Of a DNA stretch of 63,132 nucleotides, positions 9,208 through 17,588 are shown one piece after another. A program made the position numbers and the translations under genes. This DNA is from Candidatus Rokuibacteriota bacterium (GTDB taxonomy: Bacteria; Methylomirabilota; Methylomirabilia; Rokubacteriales; CSP1-6). How positions within the stretch are numbered: position 1 is the first letter of the stretch; every line of letters begins with the position of its first letter. The notes under the pieces were generated by a model. That model was not told the origin of the DNA. It saw nothing but the letters and a program-made list of their open reading frames with translations, and searched no databases. The stretch covers positions 1 to 63,132 of the forward strand of contig DAIRVP010000004.1 in assembly GCA_036802765.1 (NCBI GenBank), in the 5' to 3' direction.

Positions 9208-10113
9208 ATGGAACGACGACGCTTCATGCAATGTCTGGCGTGGGCCGGCACGGGTCTCGTGTGGGCCGCGCGCGGCGGCGTGCTGTCGGCCACCACGCTC
9301 GACGTGGCGGCCGCCGCCGGCGCCGACTTCACCTTTGGCCAGATCAGCGACACCCACGTCGGCTTCGCCGGCGAGGCGAACCGCGATTCGATGGGCACGC
9401 TCCGCGACTCGATCGCGGGGCTCAACGCGCTCCCGACGCGTCCCTCGTTCGTGCTGCACACCGGCGATCTGTCGCACGGCCAGAAGCCGGGAGCCTTCGC
9501 CACGCTCGCGGAGGAGCTGAAGGCGGTGAAGACCGAGAAAATGTTCTTCATCCCCGGCGAGCACGACGTCGCCATCGACGGCGGCAAGGAATATCTCTCG
9601 CGCTACGGCGCCGGCACCTACGAGAGCCGCGGCTACCAATCGTTCGACTATCGCGGCGTGCATTTTGTCGGTCTCGTCAACGTGCTCTCGTACAAGCCCG
9701 GCGTGGGCGGCGCGCTCGGTGACGAGCAGCTCGCGTGGCTGCGCAAAGATCTCGAGGCGCAGTCGCCGAGCACGCCCATCGTCGTGTTCGCCCACGTGCC
9801 GCTCTGGGCCGTGTATCCGTCGTGGGGGTGGACCACGGCCGATGGCGAGCAGGCGATCGGCATGGTGCGCCGCTTCGGCTCGGTCACGGTGCTGAACGGC
9901 CACATCCATCAGGTGCTGCAGAAGGTCGAAGGCAACGTGACGTTCCACTCGGCGCGCTCGACGGCGTTCCCGCAGCCGGCGCCGGGCGCCGCGCCCAATC
10001 CGGGACCGATGAAGGTCGAGGCGGACGAGCTGCGACGCCTGCTCGGCGTCCGCCAGGTGCAGTACACGGAGGGCATGAAGCCACTCGCGATCGTCGAGCG
10101 ACCGCTCGCGTAG
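9208..10113 (+). CDS. Metallophosphoesterase (Icc/CpdA-like) with Tat-like signal
   Basis: MERRRF twin-arginine start; SDTH, TGDL, PGEHD, FAH and GHIH metallophosphoesterase motifs. Confidence 0.9.
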   Translation: MERRRFMQCLAWAGTGLVWAARGGVLSATTLDVAAAAGADFTFGQISDTHVGFAGEANRDSMGTLRDSIAGLNALPTRPSFVLHTGDLSHGQKPGAFATLAEELKAVKTEKMFFIPGEHDVAIDGGKEYLSRYGAGTYESRGYQSFDYRGVHFVGLVNVLSYKPGVGGALGDEQLAWLRKDLEAQSPSTPIVVFAHVPLWAVYPSWGWTTADGEQAIGMVRRFGSVTVLNGHIHQVLQKVEGNVTFHSARSTAFPQPAPGAAPNPGPMKVEADELRRLLGVRQVQYTEGMKPLAIVERPLA

Positions 10114-10133
10114 CCGCTATACTCGCGGCGACG

Positions 10134-11018
10134 ATGATCGTCGTCGCCGCGAATCCCTACAGCGGCGCGGCCGACAACCGTCGCCGCGTCGACGCGCTCG
10201 CGCGCGAGCTCGCGGCTCTGGCGGGCCCGCCGCGCGTGCTCTGGGACCCGCGGGAGCGCGCCACGGCTCTGGCCGATTCGGCGACGATGGCGCGCTGCCG
10301 CGTCGTCGTCGCGGCCGGCGGCGACGGCACCGTGGCCCAGGTCATCAACGAGCTGCCGTCGGGTACGCCGCTCGCGGTCTTTCCCGCGGGCACCGAGAAC
10401 CTGTTCGCCGCCACCCACGGCTTCGTCGATGATCCGGTCTCGCTCGTGCGCGCTGTCGCGAGCGGACGGACGCGCGCGATCGATCTCGGCCGCGCGTCGG
10501 TGGCGGGGCGCCATCGGCTCTTTGCCCTGATGCTGAGCGCCGGAGTAGACGCCGAGGTCGTGCGGCGGCTCGCCCTCTGGCGCGGCGCGCGCACAGCGCT
10601 CCGCCGTGTGCGACGCGCCTCGTACGTCGCGCCGATCGTCGCTTCGCTGGCCACGTATCGGCATCCGCCGGTCCGTGTGGTGGCCGGCGATGTGGCGGCG
10701 AGCGGCGCCTACTGCATCATCGCCAATGCGTCCGCCTACGCGCTCGATCTGCCGCTCTCGCCGGATGCCCGCGCCGACGATGGCGCGCTCGACTGGCTGG
10801 TGTTCGAGCGTCCTGGTCTCGTCGCGCTCGCGGCGTTTTCCTGGGCGGTGTGGCGCGGGCGCCATCGCGCCCGCGGCGACGTGCGGACGGGCCGCGCCAC
10901 ACGGCTGACGCTGCACGCGTCGACGCCGGTGCCGGTGCAGGTCGATGGCGATCCGTTCGGCACGACGCCGGTGGACGTCGACGTCATGCCCGGCGCGCTC
11001 ACGCTCGTCGCGCCGTGA
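10134..11018 (+). CDS. Diacylglycerol/lipid kinase family protein (YegS-like)
   Basis: ANPYSG, GGDGTV, PAGTEN and QVDGD motifs. Start ATG 10134 follows TATACT at 10118-10123. Confidence 0.88.
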   Translation: MIVVAANPYSGAADNRRRVDALARELAALAGPPRVLWDPRERATALADSATMARCRVVVAAGGDGTVAQVINELPSGTPLAVFPAGTENLFAATHGFVDDPVSLVRAVASGRTRAIDLGRASVAGRHRLFALMLSAGVDAEVVRRLALWRGARTALRRVRRASYVAPIVASLATYRHPPVRVVAGDVAASGAYCIIANASAYALDLPLSPDARADDGALDWLVFERPGLVALAAFSWAVWRGRHRARGDVRTGRATRLTLHASTPVPVQVDGDPFGTTPVDVDVMPGALTLVAP

Positions 11019-11023
11019 GCCGC

Positions 11024-11590
11024 TCAGGCGGCGAGTCGCCCCCGCACGGCGTCGACGATCAGCTCGATCAGCTCGACCGTGCTGAGCGCCGCCAGATCGA
11101 CGTCCGAGGCTTTGGCGAGGTCGTAGCCCACGATGATCGAGCGCAGATGACGACGACTGAGCGCGCCGAGTTGTCGGCGCAGCAGGTCCTCACCCTTCGC
11201 GTAAGCTGAAAACGGATTCAGCACCGGCTCGGCCTCGGGGCCGGCGTTGACGACGTCCGGACCCGATGTGCGTGCGGGTGCGGGCTCATCGTAGATCGAC
11301 GGGATGGGCTCGGCGACCGCGACTGCGGGCGGCGGCGTCAGCGTTCGCTCGAGCGCACCCTGCAAGTAGATCGGTGTGAGACCGGTCGCCCAATACTCGA
11401 GGTCGGCGAGATTGGGCTGCGTCGTTTCGCGTTGCGACCGAAGCACCGTTGAGCCGTCGTGCGCAACGAACTCGAGCCAACCCTCCCACAGGCCGTCGTC
11501 GCGCTCGCGCCCACACGCCTGCGCGGTAAAGATGCGCCCGTCCGGGAGCGCGAGCGGCGAGCGTTGATAGATCGACACGACACGCGCCAT
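11024..11590 (-). CDS. Hypothetical protein
   Basis: GC-biased coding frame with a globular-looking N-terminal domain (WEGWLEF...ETTQPN...YWATGL), a Pro-rich linker and a helical C-terminus. Confidence 0.65.
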   Translation of the reverse strand: MARVVSIYQRSPLALPDGRIFTAQACGRERDDGLWEGWLEFVAHDGSTVLRSQRETTQPNLADLEYWATGLTPIYLQGALERTLTPPPAVAVAEPIPSIYDEPAPARTSGPDVVNAGPEAEPVLNPFSAYAKGEDLLRRQLGALSRRHLRSIIVGYDLAKASDVDLAALSTVELIELIVDAVRGRLAA

Positions 11591-11604
11591 GGGGAGCGAA
11601 GCGA

Positions 11605-11620
11605 AGCAAGGACGCTGCCA
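11605..11620 (-). promoter_or_regulatory. Sigma54-like -24/-12 motif TGGCAGCGTCCTTGCT
   Basis: GG-N10-GC with TGGCA and TTGCT; the predicted TSS is about 4 nt before ATG 11590. Confidence 0.5.
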
Positions 11621-11625
11621 GCGAC

Positions 11626-11784
11626 TCAGTGCTTGGCGGTCTGCTTGAGATGCGCGGCGAGCGCGTCCATGACACGCGCGAGCGCTTCGCTTTCGGTGCG
11701 GCCCGTGGCGGTGACTTTGTATTCGACCGCCTCGGCCACCCACTCGCCGAGATCGTTCTTGTACACCTCGACCTCGAAGCGCAT
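11626..11784 (-). CDS. Small HicB-like (antitoxin N-domain-like) protein, 52 aa
   Basis: MRFEVEVYKNDLGEWVAEAVEYKVTATGRTESEALARV fits the HicB-type pattern (W/YxA...TxGxTxEEAL). TAGACT -10 box 7 nt upstream. Confidence 0.6.
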   Translation of the reverse strand: MRFEVEVYKNDLGEWVAEAVEYKVTATGRTESEALARVMDALAAHLKQTAKH

Positions 11785-11838
11785 CGGCGGCAGTCTAGCA
11801 CGGTGTATCATCGGGCAACCCTGGTCCGGAGGATCGCG

Positions 11839-12828
11839 ATGTCCACGCTGGTCACGCGCGACGAGACGTTGCCGCCGACCTATTCGCAGGCCCTCGAGTC
11901 GTGCTCGCTGCCGCCGTTGTGGACCGCGCTGCACGTGCTCCTTCCGCGAGAGCGTACGACGGCGGCGGTGCCGCACCGCTGGTCGTGGCGTGAGGCGCGA
12001 CCGCTCTTACATGAGGCGGCGCGACTCGTGCCGCTCGAGCAAGCCGAGCGCCGCGTGCTGGTGCTCGAGAATCCTGGACTCAAGGGCACGTACTCCGCGA
12101 CCGCGACGCTCTACGCGGGACTGCAGGTGATCCTGCCGGGCGAGACGGCGCCGAGTCATCACCACACGCCCGCCGCGCTCCGGCTGGTCGTGGAGGGCGA
12201 AGGCGCCTTCACCACCGTCAATGGTGTCAAGTGTCTGATGGAGCCTGGCGATTTCATCATCACGCCGCCACTGTGCTGGCACGATCACGGCCACGAGGGA
12301 CGCGCGCCGGTCGTCTGGCTCGACGGTCTCGACATTCCGATGGTGCGCGCGTTCGCGGCCTCGTGGGTGTCGCCCACGCGCCCCGCGTGCACGCCGGAGC
12401 CGGCGAGCGACGCGGCGCAGGCGGAGTTTCGCTGGGCGTGGCGCGACACGCGGCGGGCGCTCGAGGGTCTAGCCGCGACGACGCCCCGGGGAAAGCCGTC
12501 GACGCGCGCGTACGTGACGATCACCGGCGGCCCGCCGCTGCCGACGATGGGCGCCGACGCGCACTGGCTGCGGCCGGCGGAGCAGGCGCGCGCGGGGCGC
12601 TCGACCGCGTCGCGTGTCTTTCACGTGATCGAAGGCCATGGGCGCAGTCGCATCGGCGAGGCCGAGCTCACGTGGGAGCGCGGGGATACCTTCGTGGCGC
12701 CGCCGTGGCACTGGATCGAGCACGACAACGCCAGCGCGGCGGAGCCCGCGTGCTTGTTCTCGTTCAACGATGAGCCGGCGATCCGCGCGCTCGGCCTGTG
12801 GCAGGAAGAGCGGGCCGCCGCGCGGTGA
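11839..12828 (+). CDS. Bicupin dioxygenase, gentisate 1,2-dioxygenase-like
   Basis: AERRVLVLENPG, TLYAGLQ, HHHTP, WHDH, TASRVFHV motifs; SD GGAGG. Confidence 0.82.
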   Translation: MSTLVTRDETLPPTYSQALESCSLPPLWTALHVLLPRERTTAAVPHRWSWREARPLLHEAARLVPLEQAERRVLVLENPGLKGTYSATATLYAGLQVILPGETAPSHHHTPAALRLVVEGEGAFTTVNGVKCLMEPGDFIITPPLCWHDHGHEGRAPVVWLDGLDIPMVRAFAASWVSPTRPACTPEPASDAAQAEFRWAWRDTRRALEGLAATTPRGKPSTRAYVTITGGPPLPTMGADAHWLRPAEQARAGRSTASRVFHVIEGHGRSRIGEAELTWERGDTFVAPPWHWIEHDNASAAEPACLFSFNDEPAIRALGLWQEERAAAR

Positions 12829-12865
12829 TCACGCCGCGGACCGTGATGTGAGCGGCGGTCGACGC

Positions 12866-13204
12866 GTGCGCGGCGTGCTGGTGATCTCGGTGATCATCGC
12901 GGCGTGCGCGTCGGCGGGTGCGGCTGCGGTGACCGTGGATCCCCGTGTCGAGCGCGACGTCGCGCGTGGCCTCACGCGCGTGCTCGTGGAGGTTCGGCCG
13001 CCGATCGCGCAGAGTCAGCAGGACGTGCTCGCGCGACTGAGCGGCACCGATTTCAGGCTCGTTCGGCGGTTCGAGGTCTCGCCGTTGCTCGCGCTCGAGA
13101 TCGGGCCGTCCGCGCTCGCCGCGCTGAAGACCATGGGCGACGTCATCGTCCGCGTCATCCCCGATGCGGTGATACCGCCGGCCGGCGTGGCACCAGAGCG
13201 CTGA
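12866..13204 (+). CDS. Exported small protein resembling a subtilase prodomain (inhibitor I9-like)
   Basis: Signal peptide, then RVLVEV...LVRRFEVSPLLALEI...ALAAL...VRVIPD. No protease domain follows. Confidence 0.5.
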   Translation: MRGVLVISVIIAACASAGAAAVTVDPRVERDVARGLTRVLVEVRPPIAQSQQDVLARLSGTDFRLVRRFEVSPLLALEIGPSALAALKTMGDVIVRVIPDAVIPPAGVAPER

Positions 13205-13329
13205 GGAACCCGCGAACACCAGTACACGCCTGTCACGAGGCGGGGCCTCAAGTTGACACGCCCGCCGTCGGCTCCCCGCGAAAAGGGCCAGAAATGGCCT
13301 CAGTTTTCTGAAGTTCTCGTGAAGAACTC

Positions 13330-13345
13330 TGGCATGGCGCCTGCA
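13330..13345 (+). promoter_or_regulatory. Sigma54-like motif TGGCATGGCGCCTGCA
   Basis: GG-N10-GC; predicted TSS about 13356, upstream of SD GGAGG and ATG 13410. Confidence 0.55.
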
Positions 13346-13409
13346 CCAAAGGTGTCCAAACCCGCGGGTGCCGGCTTCATGCGCGAGCGCTCGCGACGGA
13401 GGTCAGCTG

Positions 13410-14009
13410 ATGAAAGCAAGCGTCATCACGCGATCGTTCGTTGGCGTCCTGCTGATGGTGGGCGTAGGCCTCGGGCTCCCGACGGCCTCGCTGGCCGAGG
13501 ACGCCAAGGACACTCAGAAGAAGGAGCAGCAACTGCAAGCGGAGGCGAGGCAGCTCAATGCCGACGCCGAGCGCTCCGCCAAGACGCCGGACGGGCAGCG
13601 CCGCCTCGACGAGCGGCTTGCGAAGCAGTTCAACGTGAGCCAGTCGGTCATCACCGGTCTGCGCACGGACCGCCACTTGAGCTATGGACAGGCGACGATC
13701 GCGCTGGCCCTCTCGCAGCAGTTGATGAAGCAGGACAAAACGCTGGACCAGCAGTCTGCGCTCGACAAGGTCCTCGCGGAGCGGCAAGCGGGTAAAGGGT
13801 GGGGCGTGATTGCCCACGACCACAACCTGAAGCTCGGCCGCGTGATCAGCGACGTCAAGAAAGCGGACACGGCGGCCGTCCACATGGCCGGCAAGCCCGA
13901 CAAGGTCGATCAGAACGTGGCCAAGGTCGACAAGCCCGACAAGCCCGAAAAGATCGACAAGCCCGACAAGCCCGAGAAGCCGGCCCGGCCCGAAAAGCCC
14001 GGCCGCTGA
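13410..14009 (+). CDS. Exported hypothetical protein with GWGVIA motif and C-terminal (K/R)P(D/E) repeats
   Basis: SD GGAGG, signal peptide, helical core, and a KPDKPEK tail. Confidence 0.8.
   Translation: MKASVITRSFVGVLLMVGVGLGLPTASLAEDAKDTQKKEQQLQAEARQLNADAERSAKTPDGQRRLDERLAKQFNVSQSVITGLRTDRHLSYGQATIALALSQQLMKQDKTLDQQSALDKVLAERQAGKGWGVIAHDHNLKLGRVISDVKKADTAAVHMAGKPDKVDQNVAKVDKPDKPEKIDKPDKPEKPARPEKPGR
13929..14006 (+). repeat. In-frame 9-nt/27-nt tandem repeats encoding DKPDKPEK
   Basis: gacaagcccgacaagcccga(a/g)aag at 13929-13952 and 13956-13979. Confidence 0.85.
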
Positions 14010-14022
14010 CCCCGACATTCAC

Positions 14023-14062
14023 AACCAGCGCGGCGGAGTCTCGCCGCGCTGGTTCTTCTCTT
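14023..14062 (+). terminator. Intrinsic terminator-like hairpin
   Basis: Perfect 13-bp stem AACCAGCGCGGCG (14023-14035) / CGCCGCGCTGGTT (14042-14054), followed by a pyrimidine run. Confidence 0.65.
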
Positions 14063-14142
14063 CCGCGTGGGTCCCGCCCGCGACGGTGGGACCGAGCGCT
14101 CTGGGCGATGACGCCCGTCAGACATTCTCGCGGGGACGATAT

Positions 14143-14946
14143 ATGCGCTCCAGCGCCGTGGTGCTCGGTGTGGTGATGACGCTGTTCGGCGTGATGCCAG
14201 CGCTCGCTGCGGACGACGAACCGCGCTGGTTGTTCTCTACCTCGGTGAACTACTCGATCGGTGATTACGGAACCAACAAAGACACGACGATCGTCTACGT
14301 GCCGTTCACATTCGGGGTGCGGCCCGTCGACGCGCTGTGGGTCAGCGTCACGGTGCCGTGGATCTATCAGAACACTCAGAACGTGGTCGTCACGGGCGGC
14401 GGAGTGGCGACGCGAAAGAAGGCCAAAGGCAAATTTGCGGAACCCGCCACCGCCACGACGGAGAGCGGCCTCGGCGACGTGCTGTTGAAGGCGTCGTACG
14501 TCCTGCTGGACGAGAAGCCGTTCCTTCCCGAGATCGCGCCGTACGTGAAGATCAAGTTCCCGACCGCGGATGAAGACCGTGGACTGGGCACCGGGGAGTT
14601 CGACGAGACCATCGGCGTCGATCTCAGCAAGCAGATCATCGGCCCGCTGTATGGATACGTCACCGTCGCGTACACCTTCATCGGATCTCCCCCGGGAGCG
14701 GACTTCCACAACTCGTTCGGATGGAGCGTCGGCGCCGCATACACGGTGATCCCGAGCTTGTCGCTCTTCGCGTTCCTCGACGGCTCGACGGCGATCGCAC
14801 CAGGGCAGGCGGATCCGCTCGAGCTGCGTGTGGGCGCGGAGTTCCGCCTCCTCAAGGCGCTGAAGCTCACCGGAGCGGTGACGCGAGGCTTGTCGGACGG
14901 CGCGGCAGACTGGGGGCTCTCCGCGGCTCTCACGCTGCGCTTCTGA
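14143..14946 (+). CDS. Outer-membrane beta-barrel protein (MetA-pathway/'transporter'-like)
   Basis: Signal peptide, alternating amphipathic strands, ESGLGDV and KFPTAD...GLGTG motifs, C-terminal Phe. Confidence 0.72.
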   Translation: MRSSAVVLGVVMTLFGVMPALAADDEPRWLFSTSVNYSIGDYGTNKDTTIVYVPFTFGVRPVDALWVSVTVPWIYQNTQNVVVTGGGVATRKKAKGKFAEPATATTESGLGDVLLKASYVLLDEKPFLPEIAPYVKIKFPTADEDRGLGTGEFDETIGVDLSKQIIGPLYGYVTVAYTFIGSPPGADFHNSFGWSVGAAYTVIPSLSLFAFLDGSTAIAPGQADPLELRVGAEFRLLKALKLTGAVTRGLSDGAADWGLSAALTLRF

Positions 14947-14952
14947 AGCGCG

Positions 14953-15387
14953 CTAGCCGCTCGCCGCGCGCCAGTGAAGAATTCGCTCTGGCGCGATCCT
15001 CACGAGCGTTCCTTCTTCGCGCGAGAGGTTCATGGCCCGGTACTGCGGATACTTGTCACAGAGCCGATCGATGGCCTGCGTGAACGTATGACCGCTTGTC
15101 AAAATGTCGGCCCGACCTTCGACGATGACCCAGCGCAACCGTCGCCAGTCTTCGTCCCAGTCGTCGACGACGAGCGAGACGTGAGGATTGTCCGCCACGT
15201 TCCGAAGCCTGCGCAGATTCCGCGTCCGCTTCGGCTTGTCGTCGACCGCCGAGTAGAGCGCGTCGCCGTCGAAGACGAAGCACACGGGAACGACCAGCGG
15301 GCGGCCCGTCGCGTCGGCGGTCGCGAGCCGACCGACGCGGGCCTCGCGCAGCATCGCGAGCGCCCACGCCGGCGGCGGCTCGGCCAT
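14953..15387 (-). CDS. PPOX-class split-barrel oxidoreductase (TIGR03668-like, putative F420-dependent)
   Basis: RVGRLAT...GRPLVVPVCF...AVDDKPK...RLRNV...DWDEDWRRLRWV. Confidence 0.85.
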   Translation of the reverse strand: MAEPPPAWALAMLREARVGRLATADATGRPLVVPVCFVFDGDALYSAVDDKPKRTRNLRRLRNVADNPHVSLVVDDWDEDWRRLRWVIVEGRADILTSGHTFTQAIDRLCDKYPQYRAMNLSREEGTLVRIAPERILHWRAASG

Positions 15388-15394
15388 GCGAGGG

Positions 15395-16228
15395 TCAGTG
15401 AATGAGCTTCGCGTACTGATCGAGCAGCGGCAGAATTTTATCGCGCGGCTCGGGCGGCAGCAGGAAGATCGCGCGCGTGACGCCGGCGGCCGCGAAGTCG
15501 TCGAGCACCTTCTTGTCGGGCGCGGTGGCGAACGCGGAGACGGAGATCGTCCGCATGTCGCGTCCGGCCTTGGCGGCGCGCTCCTTGAGCTCCTTCATCC
15601 CCGCCAGCACCTTCTCGGGCGCGCGACCGCGCGGATACCAGCCGTCGCAGAAGTCGACCACGCGCTGGAGCGTGTAGCTCGACTCGCCGCCGAGGAGAAT
15701 GGGCGGGTGGGGCTTCTGCGTGGGCTTAGGCCACGCCCAGATCGGCTCGAAGTCCACGAACTTGCCGTGGTACTCGGCGACGTCCTTCGTCCAGATCGCC
15801 TTCATCGCCTTCACCTGCTCCTCGAGCCGCTTGAAGCGTGTTTTGAAGTCCGTGCCGTGATGCTCCATCTCCTCGGCATTCCAGCCGCCGCCGATGCCGA
15901 GCTCGAAGCGTCCGTCGGACAGGAGGTCGAGGCTCGCCACGGATTTTGCGGTGGTGATCGTGTCCCGTTCGATGATCAAGCAAATGCCGGTTCCCACGCG
16001 CAGCTTCTTCGTCGCGGCGGCCGCCGCCATGAGCGCGACGAACGGATCGAGCGTGTGCTTGTACTGCTCGGGCAGCTCGCCGCCGGCGAAAGGACTGCGT
16101 CGGCTCGTCGGGATATGCGTGTGCTCCGGCACCCAGAGCGATTCGAAGCTGCGCGCCTCGGCCTCGCGCGCCAGCTCATCGATGCGGATCGCGTACTCGG
16201 TGGCGAAGATGGCAACACCGATCTTCAT
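15395..16228 (-). CDS. LLM-class oxidoreductase (TIGR03619-like, putative F420-dependent)
   Basis: SLWVPEHTHIP, LDPFVAL, GRFELGIGGGWN, PKPTQKPHPPI motifs. Confidence 0.88.
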   Translation of the reverse strand: MKIGVAIFATEYAIRIDELAREAEARSFESLWVPEHTHIPTSRRSPFAGGELPEQYKHTLDPFVALMAAAAATKKLRVGTGICLIIERDTITTAKSVASLDLLSDGRFELGIGGGWNAEEMEHHGTDFKTRFKRLEEQVKAMKAIWTKDVAEYHGKFVDFEPIWAWPKPTQKPHPPILLGGESSYTLQRVVDFCDGWYPRGRAPEKVLAGMKELKERAAKAGRDMRTISVSAFATAPDKKVLDDFAAAGVTRAIFLLPPEPRDKILPLLDQYAKLIH

Positions 16229-16241
16229 GCGGTCCTCCTGC

Positions 16242-16652
16242 TCAGCGGGTCCCGCCGGCGCCAGGCGCGGGCGTCAGCGAAAAATGCGTGTGCGTTGCAA
16301 GCCAGCGGTCGTCGCGACGCTCGAAGGCCAGCGTGCAGCGCCCGGGCCGCGGAAACGTGCCGCCGTCGGCCAGCGTGCCCCGAGAATCCCAGGTGGCGGC
16401 AATCCAGCCGCGGTCGCCGGTCACGGCCCCGCGCGCGTTGTCGACGTCGATGGTGAAGTCGCGAATGACGGGCCAAACACGTCGCCATTGCTCGCGCTCG
16501 ACGACGTCGAGACCTTCGACGAACGGCGCGACGGTCCCGAAGGCCACGATGTCCGGCGCGCACAGCTTGCGGCCGCCCGCGAAGTCGACCGCGCGCACGC
16601 ACGACTGCCACGCGCGCAGCCAGTCGCGGAGCGGCGCGAGGTCGTCGGCCAT
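16242..16652 (-). CDS. NTF2/SnoaL-like protein
   Basis: 135-aa alpha+beta pattern ending in RCTLAF...WLATHTHFS. Confidence 0.75.
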   Translation of the reverse strand: MADDLAPLRDWLRAWQSCVRAVDFAGGRKLCAPDIVAFGTVAPFVEGLDVVEREQWRRVWPVIRDFTIDVDNARGAVTGDRGWIAATWDSRGTLADGGTFPRPGRCTLAFERRDDRWLATHTHFSLTPAPGAGGTR

Positions 16653-17588
16653 CTAGGGAAAGATCGCGTCGGGCATGAAGGCGGCGACGATCCAGTTCGG
16701 CGCGTCGACGATCTCGCTGATCTTCAGATCGGCGGCCACCGAGCAGATGATGTACGCCTCTTCGCGCGAGAACCCACGCGTGTCCACGAGGTGATCGATC
16801 ATGTAGCGCACCGCCTGCTGGGCCGCTGCGAACAGATCAGGGCCATGCGCGGTCGTCGCGTAATGCGGGCCGCGGTTGGTCGCGTGCGACGGCGGTGTCG
16901 GGGTGGCGAGCTGCGGCTCTGGCACGGCACGGCCGGAGCGCAGACCGAACCGCAGCGTGACGCGTCCCATCATCTCGACGGCCGTCACGCACACCTCGCC
17001 GTCGCCCTGCGCGGCGTGCGCATCGCCCACGCTGAAGAGCGCACCGTCGACGAGCACCGGCAGAAACAACGTCGCGCCAGTGACGAGCTGCTTGATGTCC
17101 ATGTTGCCGCCCGACCGTCGCGGCGGCATCGTGCTGTGGCCACCCGGTTCGTCGAGCGCCACGCCCATGACGCCGGGAAACGGCGCGATGGGCACGGCGA
17201 CGCGATGGTCCATGCGCGCCAGCCGCCCGTCCGACAGGTCCCAGATCTGCAAGAACGGCTTCGCGAAATCGGTCTCGGGCAGCAGCCCACGTCCGGGACG
17301 GATCGCGGTCCAGCCGAAGTCCGCGCCCGGCTGCACGTCGAGAATCTCGACGACGAGGGTGTCGCCGGGTTGCGCGCCGCGAATCGTGACGGGACCGGTG
17401 AGAGGGTGGCCGCGGAAAGGACCGCGTCGCAGGACGTCGTCGTGCGTCGATGACCTGGAGTAAAAGCGGTTCGCGGCGTCCCGCGTCTCGAACACGACGG
17501 TGTCGCCGGGATCGATCGTGAGGCGCGGCGCCAGCGCGTTGTTCCACTCCTGGTGGATGACGTCGTGATCCAGGTGATGCGTCTTCAT
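16653..17588 (-). CDS. Acetamidase/formamidase family protein
   Basis: GHPLTGP, GGNMDIK, GDAHAAQGDGEV, CTAVE-like and EAYIICS motifs. Confidence 0.9.
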   Translation of the reverse strand: MKTHHLDHDVIHQEWNNALAPRLTIDPGDTVVFETRDAANRFYSRSSTHDDVLRRGPFRGHPLTGPVTIRGAQPGDTLVVEILDVQPGADFGWTAIRPGRGLLPETDFAKPFLQIWDLSDGRLARMDHRVAVPIAPFPGVMGVALDEPGGHSTMPPRRSGGNMDIKQLVTGATLFLPVLVDGALFSVGDAHAAQGDGEVCVTAVEMMGRVTLRFGLRSGRAVPEPQLATPTPPSHATNRGPHYATTAHGPDLFAAAQQAVRYMIDHLVDTRGFSREEAYIICSVAADLKISEIVDAPNWIVAAFMPDAIFP

